Numbered from the stretch's first letter, positions 10,862 to 24,252 are shown. The stretch: DNA of 64,000 nucleotides from Octopus vulgaris (GCA_951406725.2 OX597818.1:129208001-129272000); one strand, 5' to 3'. Numbers and translations are program-made. Notes: a model not told the origin generated them from the sequence alone.

Positions 10862-11510
10862 GCATATTTACAAACAAGGACATACGCACAAAGGACAACA
10901 TACAAATTTATATATTTAAGAAAAAAATAGTAAAAAAAAATAACGATTATAATAACAATGACAACATCAACAACAACAACAATAATAATAATAACTGCTG
11001 AAAAATTGATGAAAAATAAATAAAAATCAAAATAAATGAATATAAAAGACATTCATTAATATGAAAATGAAATAAAAATAATAGTCTTAATGGGTTTCTA
11101 GGAGTGTATCTGTTAAAGTATTAAAGTGAAGTCAATGGATGGAGTGAATATAAGGCAATGCATGAATAGATAAAATGCCAGGGAGGGTTTCACAGGGCAG
11201 TAAAGTGTTGGAGAGGAAGGAGACAGGAGAAGAGTAGTGTGGAGAGGTCGGGGTGGGCTGGAGTGAGTGGTGACATTAGAAATATATATTCATATTTGAA
11301 GTCAAGCGTATGTATGTATGTATGCATGCATGTATGTATGTATGTATGTATGTATGTAAGTATGCATGTATGTATGTATGTATGTAAGTATGCATGTATG
11401 TATGTATGTATGTATGTATGTATGTATGTACATGCACACATGCACACAAACATACATTCACAAATACATGCAAACCCATATACATACACACACACACAAA
11501 CACACACAAT

Positions 11511-11544
<34 letters not shown>

Positions 11545-11657
11545 CAGGCTTGCACTCACACTGTTTTGGTCTGCCCAGGAATCCAGAAATACTTGCCCAA
11601 GTGTGTGCATGTGTGTGTGTGTGTGTATACATATATGTATATGTATGTATGTAGGTA

Positions 11658-11705
<48 letters not shown>

Positions 11706-11710
11706 TATAT
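10090..11710. repeat. Compound (TA)n/(CA)n/(TATG)n microsatellite field
   Basis: Direct reading; source of the YI/CV/HT-rich pseudo-ORFs. Confidence 0.95.
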
Positions 11711-11989
11711 TCTTTTATTATTTTATTTGCTTCAGTCATGTGACTGTGGCCATGCTGGAGCACCACTTTTAGTCGAACAAATCATCCCACCCCCAGGACT
11801 TATTCTTTGTAAGCCTAGTACTTATTCTATCAGTCTCTTTTGCTGAACTGCTACGTTATGGGACTGAACCTGAAGCCATGTGGTTGGGAAGCAAACTTCT
11901 TATTCATACAACCATAACTGCATCTATCAAATTTATATAAAAGGTAAAGAGAAAAGCACACATTCACTCTCTGCACACAATTAGACTTG

Positions 11990-12356
11990 GAAAGTTTGTG
12001 AGGAACCCATTGACCCAATATGCTAACTTTTCCGATGACACGCAGTTATTGATGAATGGTTGAATGACCAAATCCAAGCTTTTCTGCTAGTTCCCCAACA
12101 GTTACGATGGGATTTTGTCCCACCAGGGTTTGTAGGATGTCTGTGTTGAGCTCTACAGATCTTCCAGGATGAGGCTCATTTTCTAGGATGCAGTTTTCAG
12201 CTCAGAATTTCTGGAACCACCATTGACTCTGGCCTATGCATTGGCACTGGCTTATGGATATTGTCCAATTCCCATACACTGCATTAATATTCCTCACCCT
12301 TTCCGTTGCGCTGTTGCCTTTATTGAACTCATAAAGCAAAATATGTCACTTCCATT
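11990..12356 (-). pseudogene. Mariner transposase N-terminal relic
   Basis: Minus-strand pieces ILLYEFNKGNSATE..., PHPGRSVEL..., ELAEKLGFGHSTIH..., GQWVPHKLS (WVPHEL-type motif) with stops and frameshifts. Confidence 0.8.
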
Positions 12357-12578
12357 ATAGCTTTGAAAACATAACTGTTAAAATCGAACTGCACCCTTCA
12401 AAATTGCACTAAGAATAAGTACAAGGTAAGATTACTACCAAACTACTAGCAAGTTGATGCATGTAGTTTATCACATCGCCTTTCCAACATCTAACATGAG
12501 TAAAAGATGGAAGGACATTGTACACTGCTCTTAGGAAGAATCAAAACTGACTACCTTCCATTTACCACAACATGTTTG

Positions 12579-12618
<40 letters not shown>

Positions 12619-12662
12619 GGACAATATATTATATACATTAATACAGGCATGTGAAATAATTT

Positions 12663-12694
<32 letters not shown>

Positions 12695-13107
12695 TTATTC
12701 TACACTAAAATAAATTAGTTTTATAAGCTAAAGGCTGTGAAATGATCGTAGTTGTACGAATGTCAATTGGTGAAATAAAATTTTTTCATCTTAGACTCCC
12801 TTTATATTGTGTGTGTGTGTGTGTGTGTGTTTTGATGGTAGCTGTACTTAGTTTAGAAAACTGCTAATATGTAATTAATTCCAGAATGTAAAGGAATGTT
12901 ACTAACATTGACACAAATCACAAGTTTTGATAGAGGTTATAATTAGTTTAATCAACTGTCAGTATTTAATTGCCCCCCCCCCCCCCCAAAAAAAAATCAA
13001 ATATTGCTAACATTGACACAAACAACAAATTTTATGGAGGTTATAGTTAGCTAAACCAACACTATGACGAATTTAGTTATATATATATATATATATAATA
13101 TACATAT

Positions 13108-13160
<53 letters not shown>

Positions 13161-13210
13161 AATATGAATATATATATATATGCATACATACATACATATA
13201 TATTTCCATT

Positions 13211-13261
<51 letters not shown>

Positions 13262-13279
13262 TGCATACATATATGAACA

Positions 13280-13790
13280 CCATGCAACCATTTCCAAGTA
13301 AGTTTATTTTAATAATTTTGATGCGACTCTACCCTGTACTGTTCTCTCTCCCCTGCTTTCGTTTTCTCTCTCTTCCTTTCTCTAATTCTTTTTTCTCCTC
13401 TTCACCATTTTCTGTCTGTCTCTCTCTCTCCCTCCCTCCCACTTTCTTCTTTACTCTCTCTCATTGCTCACATGTGACCAGCGTCCATCTTTCTTTTCCT
13501 CACATGATCATCTTTCTTTTCTTTCAGTCTGTCTTACCAACCAGACACATTCCTTTCTGTCTCCTCTTCTATCTTTTCTCTTGTCAAAGACAATATTCCT
13601 CCAGCGTTCGCTACCTTACCTCATCTGGCCTAACAGCCCTCCATGTTTGTTTTCATTTGGTTTGTTGTATATCTCCACAGTCCTCTTTTTTTTTTTTTAC
13701 CAAATTTGACCCTCTGCAAATCCAAAATTTTATTGTGGCTCATGGGTTCTGGACCCCCTCTATCTCAGTCTACATTCGCGTTACATAGAC
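13280..13790 (+). mobile_element. Family F non-coding repeat (CT-rich), degraded
   Basis: cattgctcacatgtgacc..gtccatctttcttttcctcacatg block shared with 39660-40810 and 50715-51200 in the opposite orientation. Confidence 0.65.
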
Positions 13791-14134
13791 ATATTATACC
13801 TCTTTGGAATCAGGACGATCCCATGATTGAAAATCTGCCCTTCATTTGGTTCTTGAACATCCAGCACTGGGATCTGATCTGAAAAGCATTTGGGTTGCTA
13901 TTTCTAGCAGGTAAAGCTTGGCTGATTCATGCCATCTTAGTTGGAGTTTGTCAGATGACATCAGAAATCAAGGGAGAGACATTCACTTCATTAATTTTAC
14001 ATCAAGGTAAGAACTTTGGGACAAACTGGATAACAGCTGGAATTCCACTTGGGACTGGAACAATAGAATGATTGCATTACAGAATTAATTCTCATCCATC
14101 CTTAACATCTGATCAAATACCACCAGGCCATATA

Positions 14135-14555
14135 CTCTTTACTCTTTACTCTTTTACTTGTTTCAGTCATTTGACTGCAGCCATGCTGGAACCTTTAATC
14201 GAGCAACTCGACCCCGGGACTTATTCTTTTGTAAGCCCAGTACTTATTCTATCGGTCTCTTTTGCCGAGCCGCTAAGTTACGGGGACATAAACACACCAG
14301 CATCGGTTGTCAAGCGATGTTGCAGGGGACAAACACAGATACACAAACACACACACGCATATATATATATATATATATATACATATATATACGACGGGCT
14401 TCTTTCAGTTTCCGTCTACCAAATCCACTCACAAGGCTTTGGTCAGCCCGAGGCTATAGTAGAAGACACTTGCCCAAGGTGCCACGCAGTGGGACTGAAC
14501 CCGGAATCATGTGGTTGGTAAACAAGCTACTTACCACACAGCCACTCCTGTGCCT
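14135..14555 (-). mobile_element. Family A SINE, full length
   Basis: Reverse complement of the 41640-42056 copy. Confidence 0.9.
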
Positions 14556-15051
14556 ATATAGTCATTATAGATGTATTATAGTCATGCTATTCAGCTCTCT
14601 TTAGTTTTGGGCTACAGGCCCAATTAGCCCTCTGCAGGAGCTTGCTTAGAAGTACGCACAGAATGCGGCTTTTAAGCTAGTATATATATATATATATATA
14701 TGCACACACACATATAAAACAGTACAGATGTGATATGGTGATATGCAATAGAGGATGACTGATTGGGTTTCAGAATACACCATGCTTTTCCTTGATGTTT
14801 TTCTTAGGTACCAACATTGTTAAGAAATCTCACAGCCTTCCTATTCTTGACCTAGTGGAATGTTCAGGATGTGACAGACAGGAGGCTGAGAGGAATGCAC
14901 AACAGCACTTGTCCGGTACCTCATTTCATTGAAGCTAGGAGCATGAGAACCAAAGTTAGCTTCAGTGGGTTTTGAACTCAGAATATAAAAATTTCAAACA
15001 ACTACCACAGGGCATTTTATGCGATGCTGTAATTAATATTAGAAATGCACT

Positions 15052-15096
<45 letters not shown>

Positions 15097-15115
15097 CACA
15101 TACATACATACATAT

Positions 15116-15166
<51 letters not shown>

Positions 15167-15362
15167 GAGAGTCATACATACATGTGTGTGTGCATGTATG
15201 TGTATTAGTGAGTATATAAGCATATTAATATTTGTTTCATTAAAGTTTCGCAAAAATTAAATAAAATGATGTAGATTGAATTTTTCTCATAAACAACAAA
15301 CAGGAAAATAAACGAACAAAACAATAACTAATAATGTAAACATTAACAAAAACCACATTACT

Positions 15363-15425
<63 letters not shown>

Positions 15426-15969
15426 CAGCAAATATTAAACAAAATATAATGTAGTTGACTTTGTTGTTCTCAGATATAAATGCAAATGGCATTTAACATT
15501 GTTGAATTTTAGAGTGAACATTAACATCACACAAAGTAGACCAATTAAAAACAAAAATTAATTATAATGATTTTTTACATTGGCAGAAAGCTATAAATAT
15601 ACAGTTGATTGAACTGGTTTTTCTATTTTATTACCAATACTTTTTGCTATGGACCTTGAAAAAATATATAAAACACCAAAGCTACCTCCACCAGGATTGA
15701 ACCCAGAATCTTTACAGATGGAGCTGGATGTAAGGTATTCTGTTCTTTGGTCTACTACTGATTCTGAACTTAGAACCTTGTTAAAATTCAGCTTTGCCTT
15801 TTATCCTTTCAAGGTTAATAAAATATAGTACCAGTCATTTACTTGGGTTAATTTAATCAACTAATCTTTTCAGCTAGAATTTCAGGTCTTGTGTGTATTT
15901 TAGAAATTTATTATTAGTATTACTATTAGAGTTTGTTTCCAGGCAGTGACCTGAATAATAATAATAATG

Positions 15970-16000
<31 letters not shown>

Positions 16001-16010
16001 CAACAACAAC

Positions 16011-16201
16011 ATAGAAAAATACCTTAGAAATGAGAACTCAGGTTCGAAATTTGCCCAAGACACCTGATGACGGTTGGAGGTTATATCAATTGAGACGTTG
16101 TGTTAACAACAAACAAGATGAGGACAAATATCCATCAAATGTAAATAATGTAAATGATGTAAATAATGTACATAATTCCTCATCTCTTAAATATAGAACT
16201 G
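16011..16201 (+). mobile_element. Penelope-like terminal repeat with degenerate minimal HHR (16059-16104)
   Basis: gacac-CTGATGA-c-ggttg..caatt-GAGA-CGTT-gtgtt; same family as 5636-5965; sits in (AAT)n/(AAC)n. Confidence 0.7.
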
Positions 16202-17284
16202 AATAATAATTGATTAATGTCAAAAGTTGTAGGTTTATCCCATAGTGAAGCTCGATAAACTTTGGTTGCTATGAATGTGAGTAAAAATCCAGATTGATAC
16301 AGTGGAGCAGGTACATATGTTTCCTAGCTAGCAAAACCTTAAAAGTAATAATTACTCAATGAGGAGTACTCCGCTAGTTACTCATCAGTCTGAAGATAGC
16401 TTAATTACACACACACACACACACACACATATATACACACACACACAAAGTAATCAGCCAGGAAAATAAGAACAATGCCCTGTCCCCTTACTGCCCATAT
16501 TAAGCTGTCTGTAGTGGGGTTATTGGAAGTAACCTTCTGAATCTTGGGACATCTCTCGAGAGGAACATATATCTCTCAACTATATTTATGCATTTTGATC
16601 TTTTCTTCTTAGCACCATTCTCCATCCCTCCCTCTCTCACTCCATCCCTATCTATCTCTGTCTCTGTCCCTGCCTCTCTCTTTCTTTTTGTCTGTCTCTG
16701 TCTCTGTCTCTCTCTCTCTTGAATACTTTATTCCCCATCTCTTGCTTGTCATTTTTAAATTTGTAAGTTTTATACATTGCAATATCTTCGAATCCCAACA
16801 GAAAAAAATAAGTTAAAATTATTCAAAAACAATGCACTCACATGAAAAACAAGTGTTACAATCACATGCCACAAAATATCTTAGGAAAAAATAAAAGCAT
16901 AAACCATTCCTTTGAGACAATAACAGTTTTATCAACAGAGATATAAAGGCAAATTCCAAGGAGAAAGAAACTAAACAGAAAAATCTGTATTTCTGTTGAT
17001 ATGTCTTGTAATTTAGCCTCCAGTCACTGGATAACAAACGGAGAAAATAACAGGAAAAAATTACTGTGATGTATTTTTTATTTGCTTTTTTAATTGTTTC
17101 AGTCATTAGACTGTGGACATACTGGAGCAACCTGGAAAAGTTCAGTTGATCAAATTGATTCTTGTACTTATTTTATAAGTTTGGTATGTATTCTATAGGT
17201 TCCTTTTTACTGAAGATATAAGATATAAGTTAGAAATATTGAATTTCTAAATGTCTCAGAGAGACATAAGCGGTGGTGAAGCGA

Positions 17285-17471
17285 TATAGTGGTCTTATAC
17301 TGTCAACTCAATGTGACAGTCCTTATATTTGCAAAGGGGAGGTAGGGGTGATTGCCTCCCCTTTGCAAATATAAGGACACAAAAAATGTCGATGTTTCCT
17401 AGGGCTAAACGGTGGTGGTGTAATTCCCTTACGGGACTGTCACATTGAGTTGACAGTATACGACCACTATA
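17285..17471. mobile_element. MITE-like element with 38-bp terminal inverted repeats and an internal hairpin
   Basis: 17285-17322 pairs with 17434-17471 (1 mismatch); inner hairpin 17319-17378; interrupts a degraded family A SINE. Confidence 0.8.
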
Positions 17472-17706
17472 AGATATAAGGATGTAAATGAACCAATGGT
17501 AATTGCTAACTGGTGAGAGACAAACATAAATGGAAAGATACACGCACACACATATACATATGCAAAGAGCTTCTGTACAGTTTATGTCAACCAAATACAC
17601 TCACAAGGCTTTGGTCAGCTCAGGGCTATAGTAAAAGACAGTTGCCTAGGTGCTGTGCCATGGGCCTGAAGACTAAAGTACATGGTTGTGAAGTTAATTT
17701 CTTATT

Positions 17707-18493
17707 TCTTATTTCTTCATTTCTTCATTGCCCACAAGAGGCTAAACACAGAGAGGACAAACAAGGATAGACAAAGGGATTAATTCGATTAGATCAACCC
17801 CAGTCCTTAACTGGTACTTAATTTATCGACCCCGAAAGGATGAAAGGCAAAGTCGACCTCGGTGGAATTTGAACTCAGAACGTAACGGCAGACGAAATAC
17901 CTATTTCTTTACTACCCACAAGGGGCTAAGCACAGAGAGGACAAACAAGGGCAGACAAAGGGATTAAGTCGATTAGATCAACCCCAGTGCTTAACTGGTA
18001 CTTAATTTATCGACCCCGAAAGGATGAAAGGCAAAGTCGACCTTGGCGGAATTTGAACTCAGAACGTAACGGCAGACGAAATACCTATTTCTTTACTACC
18101 CACAAGGGGCTAAGCACAGAGAGGACAAACAAGGGTAGACAAAGGGATTAAGTCGATTAGATCAACCCCAGTGCTTAACTGGTACTTAATTTATCGACCC
18201 CGAAAGGATGAAAGGCAAAGTCGACCTCGGCGGAATTTGAACTCAGAACGTAGCGGCAGACGAAATACCTATTTCTTCATTGCCCACAAGGGGCTAAACA
18301 CAGAGAGGACAAACAAGGACAGACAAAGGGATTAAATCGATTAGATCAACCCCAGTGCGTAACTGGTACTTAATTTATCAACCCCGAAAGGATGAAAGGC
18401 AAAGTCGACCTTGGCGGAATTTGAACTCAGAACGTAACAGCAGACGAAATACCACTAAGCATTTCATCGAGTGTGCTAACGATTCTGCCAGCT
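17707..18493 (-). mobile_element. Family B SINE tetramer (184-bp period)
   Basis: gaaatac landmark at 17894, 18078, 18262 and 18446; only the right-hand unit has the A-box head. Confidence 0.9.
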
Positions 18494-18667
18494 CTATAAA
18501 CACATCTATGACTGTGTTCATTCTTCTGAACAAAGAAGACATGTTTGAAATATTAACCCTTCAATGGTGAAATTAAATTTCATGGTTATTCCTGTAAAGA
18601 TGTTAAATACCATAAAAATAGAATTGTTATTTTCTGCAAGTAACGTTACTTTGATAATCTTGACATA

Positions 18668-18875
18668 TACTCTTTTACTCTTTTACTTGTTTCAGTCATT
18701 TGACTGCAGTCATGCTGGAGTACCGCCTTTAGTCAAGCAAATCGACCCTCGGACTTATTCTTTGTAAGTCCAGTACTTATTCTATCGGTCTCTTTTGCCA
18801 AACTGCTAAGTTACGGGGACATAAACACACCAGCATTGGTTGTCAAGCAATGCTAGGAGGACAAACACAGACACA

Positions 18876-18927
<52 letters not shown>

Positions 18928-19096
18928 TATATACAACGGGCTTCTTTCAGTTTCCGTCTGCCAAATCCACTCACAAGGCTTTGGTTGGCCCGAGGCTATA
19001 GTAGAAGACACTCGTCCAAGGTGCCACGCAGTGGGACTGAACCCGGAACCATGTGGTTGGTAAGCAAGCTACTTACCACACAGCCACTCCTGCACC
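18668..19096 (-). mobile_element. Family A SINE, full length
   Basis: Head, internal (CA)n and tail all present. Confidence 0.9.
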
Positions 19097-19111
19097 AAAA
19101 AATATTGTGCC

Positions 19112-19153
19112 TGGAGAATCCGTGCAGCGATCCCGGTACCTCTTGTACGCCAA
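19112..19153 (-). pseudogene. tRNA-Ala-like 3'-half fragment
   Basis: Minus strand ttggcgtacaagaggtaccgggatcgctgcacggattctcca resembles the eukaryotic tRNA-Ala anticodon-to-discriminator segment, including the GGATCG T-loop; no 5' half. Confidence 0.6.
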
Positions 19154-19560
19154 CAATAAAAAGAAAAAAGTTTCAAATATGATATTCCTGATCAAAAGAC
19201 AGATTGGTATATAAAACTGCTTCCTGCAGTTAGTCATAGTGAAATTTAGAGTAGATATATCTGATTTCTGCTGTAAAACGGTTAAAATTCTTTAATCCAT
19301 ATGCTCTTAAACTGACAACTATCAACCCTTTAAATGTGAAATTAAATTTCATTGTTGTTTCTGAAGTGATGTTAGAATTGGTTTTTATGTAAGTCACATT
19401 GTCTTTATAATTTTGATATATCTCAACAGAAAAAATAGTTTCAAACATAACTTTCTTTTAATGAAAGTTAGATTGGTATATAAAACTGCTTTCTGCAGTT
19501 AGGCATAGGGAAATTTTGAGAGGATATATCTGATTTCTGCAGTAAAAGAGTTAAACTTCT

Positions 19561-19786
19561 TTAATCCTTTAGCATTCAGATTATTCTGTCAAATATAACG
19601 CTTTGTTATACAGTTGTTTTGTATTAATTACACATCATCTAGTAGCTGTGAGATTTTAACGATGTGATTATTTATTATTAGGTTGACATTGTAGAACAGG
19701 TGTGAAAGACCAGATTTGGCTTGTTTGAACAGAAAAAGGTAGACTATTTTGGATGGATCTGGCCAGTTTAAGTATCAAGGGGTTAA
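19561..19786. mobile_element. piggyBac-type MITE (second family); relatives at 20881-21111 and 42971-43188 (inverted)
   Basis: ttaa(t)cctttagcattcagatt...tttaagtatcaaggggttaa termini; three related copies in the window. Confidence 0.7.
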
Positions 19787-19888
19787 TCCCCTGGCTCTCA
19801 AACAACCTCAGCCAGATATTTGTGAATTTCTTTCGTTCTTTACCACCTTTTTATTAATGAGATGATAAAATGTAGTTTGCATACATAT

Positions 19889-20325
19889 AGGTGCAGGAGT
19901 GGCTGTGTGGTAAGTAGCTTGTTTACCAACCACATGGTTCAGGGTTCAGTCCCACTGCGTGGCACCTTGGACAAGTGTCTTCTACTATAGCCTCGGCCCG
20001 ACCAAAGCCTTGTGAGTGGATTTGGTAGACAGAAACTGAAAGAAGCCTATCGTATATATGTATATATATATATATATATATACATACAAATTGAGATAAA
20101 TGCATGTGTGTGTTTGTGTGTCTGCGTTTGTCCCCCTAGCATTGCTTGACAACTGATGCTGGTGTGTTTATGTCCCTGTAACTTAGTGGTTCAGCAAAAG
20201 AGACCGATAGAATAAGTACTGGGCTTACAAAAGAATAAGTCCCAGGGTTGAGTTGCTCGATTAAAGGTGGTGCTCCAGCATGGCCGCAATCAAATGACTG
20301 AAACAAGTAAAAGAGTAAGGAGTAA
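19889..20325 (+). mobile_element. Family A SINE, full length
   Basis: Matches the other family A copies end to end. Confidence 0.9.
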
Positions 20326-20541
20326 TAATTCTTGTTTTTGTTTTTCATGGTCTTGAACAAGTCTATTAAGAGTATCACCAATTAGATCAATTCCAGGTTT
20401 TGACTAACATTATATTATCAGCCATAGGAGGATGAAACACTAAGTTGATCTTGGTAAGTTTTAAATTTAATGACGTGCAGTGGCGGTGGAGCAAGGAATA
20501 CTTATTATGTGGTTTTACATGGCTAAAAAGTTAGCAGAAGG

Positions 20542-20702
20542 GTGGAGCACTTCCAGAAAACAGCACTGCTTGGAACCACTCAAATACCCCAGAAGGTGCT
20601 TGAAAAATGAGAAGTGTTACCTTAGTTCACAGGTAGTGAACAGCTCACACTGTAATACATCTCCAGTGTTAGAAGCTGTGCAAAGGCAATAATAATAATA
20701 AT
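20542..20702 (+). mobile_element. Dong/R4-clade LINE 3' end relic
   Basis: VEHFQKTALLGTTQIPQKVLEK* resembles the QK..LLGTA.ILR.VL C-terminus; short UTR then (AAT)n, followed by (GAA)n to ~20779. Confidence 0.65.
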
Positions 20703-21420
20703 GTGAAGAAGAAGAAGAAGAAGAAGAAGAAGAAGAAGAAGAAGAAGAAGAAGAAGAAGAAGAAGAAGAAGAAGAAGAATGGTTTCAAATTTTGGCACTA
20801 GATCAATATCCCGCAGAAGATGTGGGTTCTAGACTGGTGACAAAAAGTTTAACTGTGGCAATATCATAGCTATAAAGAGATTAACTCATTAGCATTCAGA
20901 TTACTCAATCATCTGTAATCCTTAGTCTTTTACATTGTATTGAATTAATCTTGCATCATCTTGTAACTTCAAGATTGTGATGATGTGGTTGTTTAGATTT
21001 AGAATGACATTGTAGGGTAAGTGTGAGAGGCCAGATCCAGTCAGTTTGAACATAAAAAACAGACAGAATATTTGGGCCAGATTTGGCTGGTTTAAATACT
21101 AAAGGGATTAAGAAATGTCCACTGTCTAAAATACTTGACCTCAACCCCCTGATCAATATATATTTTAGTGAGTCCCAGAATTATGAAATCCAAAATCTAC
21201 CTTGGTGAGATTTGAAATCAGATTATAAATGAACATAGTTAGAGACCACAAATAATTTTCTCTTTCCAATGCTCTAGTGATTTTACCACAAATAATTATA
21301 ATGAGGGCTTTTTTTTTTTAATATTCAAATTAATTAGTATTAACCATTTAAATTTTCACAGTAGCTTTATTCCTACTATCTTTCACACCAAACATCAAAT
21401 AACAATATAGACTGTAAAAT

Positions 21421-21469
<49 letters not shown>

Positions 21470-22200
21470 TATATATATGTGTGTATATATATATATGTGC
21501 ATATAAACATATATGCATGTGTGTGTGTGTGTGTAAGTATGCATGTATATATATGTATGTATAGATGTATGTGTGTATGTATATCGATATATAAATATGC
21601 ATAGGCAAGTCTAATAAAGCCAGCATACCCTAAGGCATTGGTTCTCCAACAGTTTGACATTTCAGTAAATTTTATCCAGTGATTCAACTATGCAAGTCTT
21701 CAATTAAAAAATATCAGTCAGAAAACTTTTTATTTAAAAAAAAAAAACATAAAACAATTTGTTTTTATTTCATTTTACATAGTGTTTTTTTTTGTGTTTT
21801 TTTTTGCTGTTGTCGTCGTTGTTGTTGTTGGTGTTGGTGGTGTCTGTGGTGTTTTTTGATTTTTGACTCTTAGCTTAAACTACTTCACTTAGGTTGCCAA
21901 TATCCTAAAGCAAGGCATGAATGGCACTTCCTGTTTCTGAGGTATCATACCTGTGTAGTACTCCCTGCTGTCATTGCTACTGCTGCCACTACCACTACCA
22001 CCTCCACCATCACTATCATCATCCTTGTCACTTCCCTCCTACTTATAAACCACCACCATCACCGCCGCCACTGCCACCACCACTACAACCACCATCATTA
22101 TCATCATCATCGCCATTGCTAATAGTTATCATTTATTGACTAAGGCAGAATCGATATAACCACCACGACAATAGAGAACTCCTAGTTTGCAGTTACATAG

Positions 22201-22588
22201 TGGTGGAAGCACTCCGTTGGTTACGACGACGAGGGTTCCGGTTGATCTGAATCAACGGAACAGCCTGCTCATGAAATTAACATGTAAGTGGCTGAGCACT
22301 CAACAGACACATGTACCCTTAACGTAGTTCTCGGGGATATTCAGCGTGACACAGAGAGTGACAAGGCCGGCCCTTTGAAATAGAGGTACAACAGAAACAG
22401 GAAGTAAGAGTGAGAGAAAGTTGTGGTGAAAGAGTACAGCAGGGATCACCACCATCCCCTGCCGGAGCCTCGTGGAGCTTTTAGGTGTTTTCGCTCAATA
22501 AACACTCACAACGCCCGGTCTGGGAATCGAAACTGCGATCCTATGACCGCGAGTCCGCTGCCCTAACCACTGGGCCATTGCGCCTCCA
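22201..22588 (-). mobile_element. tRNA-derived SINE (third family) flanked by a 55-bp duplication
   Basis: Minus head tggaggcgcaatggcccagtggttagggcagcggac...gtttcgattccc; duplication at 22146-22200 and 22587-22641. Confidence 0.85.
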
Positions 22589-22950
22589 GAATCGATATAA
22601 CCACCACGACAATAGAGAACTCCTAGTTTGCAGTTATATAGATGCTGTCTTGATATGTCAGGTTGTGAGTTCAGCTCCATTAAGTACTGAGTGCAAATCT
22701 ATTAACTTCTGAGTTCAACTCTATTAAGATTAGCTTTGATTGTTCTTTGTCCTACCAAAGTTAACAGCCAGATGGAATATACTGAGCTCAGTTTAAACGT
22801 CTATACCATCTTCCTTTATGAAGCATTGATCTTGTGTCAAACTCAGTGTAGATTCTAAGACTATCAGGCTCAATGCCATTTGCATATAGTTACTGTAGCT
22901 CTGTGAACATCTTAACCAGACTATGTAGACAAGGCTGTGCAGTTAAGAAG

Positions 22951-22984
<34 letters not shown>

Positions 22985-23078
22985 TATGTACTACTCATAG
23001 ATATGCACACATATATACATATGACTTGTTTCTTTTAGTTTCTATCTCTTAAGTCCTCTCATAGGTATCAAATTACTG

Positions 23079-23470
23079 CGGTGGTGAGCTGGCAGAAACG
23101 TTAGCACGCCGGGCGAAATGCTTTGCGGTATTTCGTCTGCCGTTACATTCTGAGTTCAAATTCTGCCGAGGTCGACTTTGCCTTTCATCCTTTCGGGGTC
23201 GATAAATTAAAGTACCAGTTACGCACCAGTGCGTAATCGACTTAATACCTATGCCTGTCCTTGTTTGTCCCCTCTATGTTTAGCCCCTTGTGGGTAATAA
23301 AGAAATAGGTATTTCATCTGCTGCTATGTTCTGAGTTCAAATTCCGCCAAGGTCGACTTTGTCTTTCATCCTTTCGGGGTCGATTAAATAAGTACCAGTT
23401 ACGCACTGGGGTCGATATAATCGACTTAATCTGTTTGTCAGCCTCTTGTGGGTAATAAAGAAATAGGTAT
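23079..23470 (+). mobile_element. Family B SINE dimer
   Basis: Two units joined at aaagaaataggtatttc; TSD ataggtatcaaattactg (23061-23078, 23463-23480). Confidence 0.9.
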
Positions 23471-24252
23471 CAAATTACTGGACCAGGTCATGAAAGTTAC
23501 AGTGAGGATCTCAGCTCAACTAATTAGAAAGAGAGTTAGCCTAGAGGAGATGCAGTTTGCTTTTCTACTACTCATGCTATCTTCCTAGTAAGGCAACTGC
23601 TGTAAGAGCATTTAACCAAAAACAAACCTCTGTACTTCACTTTTATTGGCATAAAGAATTCCTCACCTGGTAGTTAATGCAGAAGCTTGGGACAGATGAT
23701 TGGTTGGTGAGAGCTATACAAGCCTTGTACAGGGATGCTGTCAATAAGGTGACAGTCGGCAATGAGTATAGCAATAAATTTAGTGTTTGAATAGGAGTTC
23801 AATAAAGACTGGATCTCAGTCACCTCTTGTTTATCATAGTGCTCTAGGCTATAAAAGGGGAATTTGAAACTAATTGATTTGGGAAACTCTTATATGGGGT
23901 AGCCAAGTGTCTCCTCTACAGTAAGACGCCTATCTCTAGCCCTCTATTATACTTTAACCTCTTAACTTGCACAAAGCCACCCCACCCCACTTCTCTTCAC
24001 TCCCCCTCCCAGTTGAGAGGTCATTGTCTTGCAAGTTACTTGCTGACTGTGCTAGTGCTGGTACCACAGAAAAAGCACCAAGCACACTCTGTAAAGTGGT
24101 TGGCATTAGGAAAGGCATCCAGCCATGGAAAACATACCAAAGCAGACAATGGAACCTGGTGCAGCTCTCTGGTTTGCTAGTTCCTGTCAAACCATCCAAC
24201 CCATACCAGCATGGAAAACGTAGGTTAAATGACGATGACGATGAAGATGATT
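23466..24252 (+). pseudogene. Internally deleted RTE LINE: reverse-transcriptase relic plus 3' UTR
   Basis: IKLLDQVMKV..EMQF..STTHAIFLVRQL..KNKPLYFTFI..WLVRAIQALY..LFIIVL..LLY with stops, then an RTE-type UTR ending in (GAT)n. Confidence 0.85.

Larger units (their letters stand above)
18553..19554. mobile_element. Two tandem copies of a TTAA-bounded (piggyBac-type) MITE; the first is interrupted by a SINE
   Basis: ttaaccct...cggttaa (18553-19285) and aaccct...gagttaa (19323-19554); 19201-19298 repeats at 19472-19567. Confidence 0.6.

Noticed and set aside
16360-16395. Minus-strand CTGATGAG as a hammerhead
   Set aside because: No GAAA or helix III follows
21938-21961. let-7-like tgaggta...tgtgtagt
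   Set aside because: Many mismatches to let-7 and no precursor hairpin
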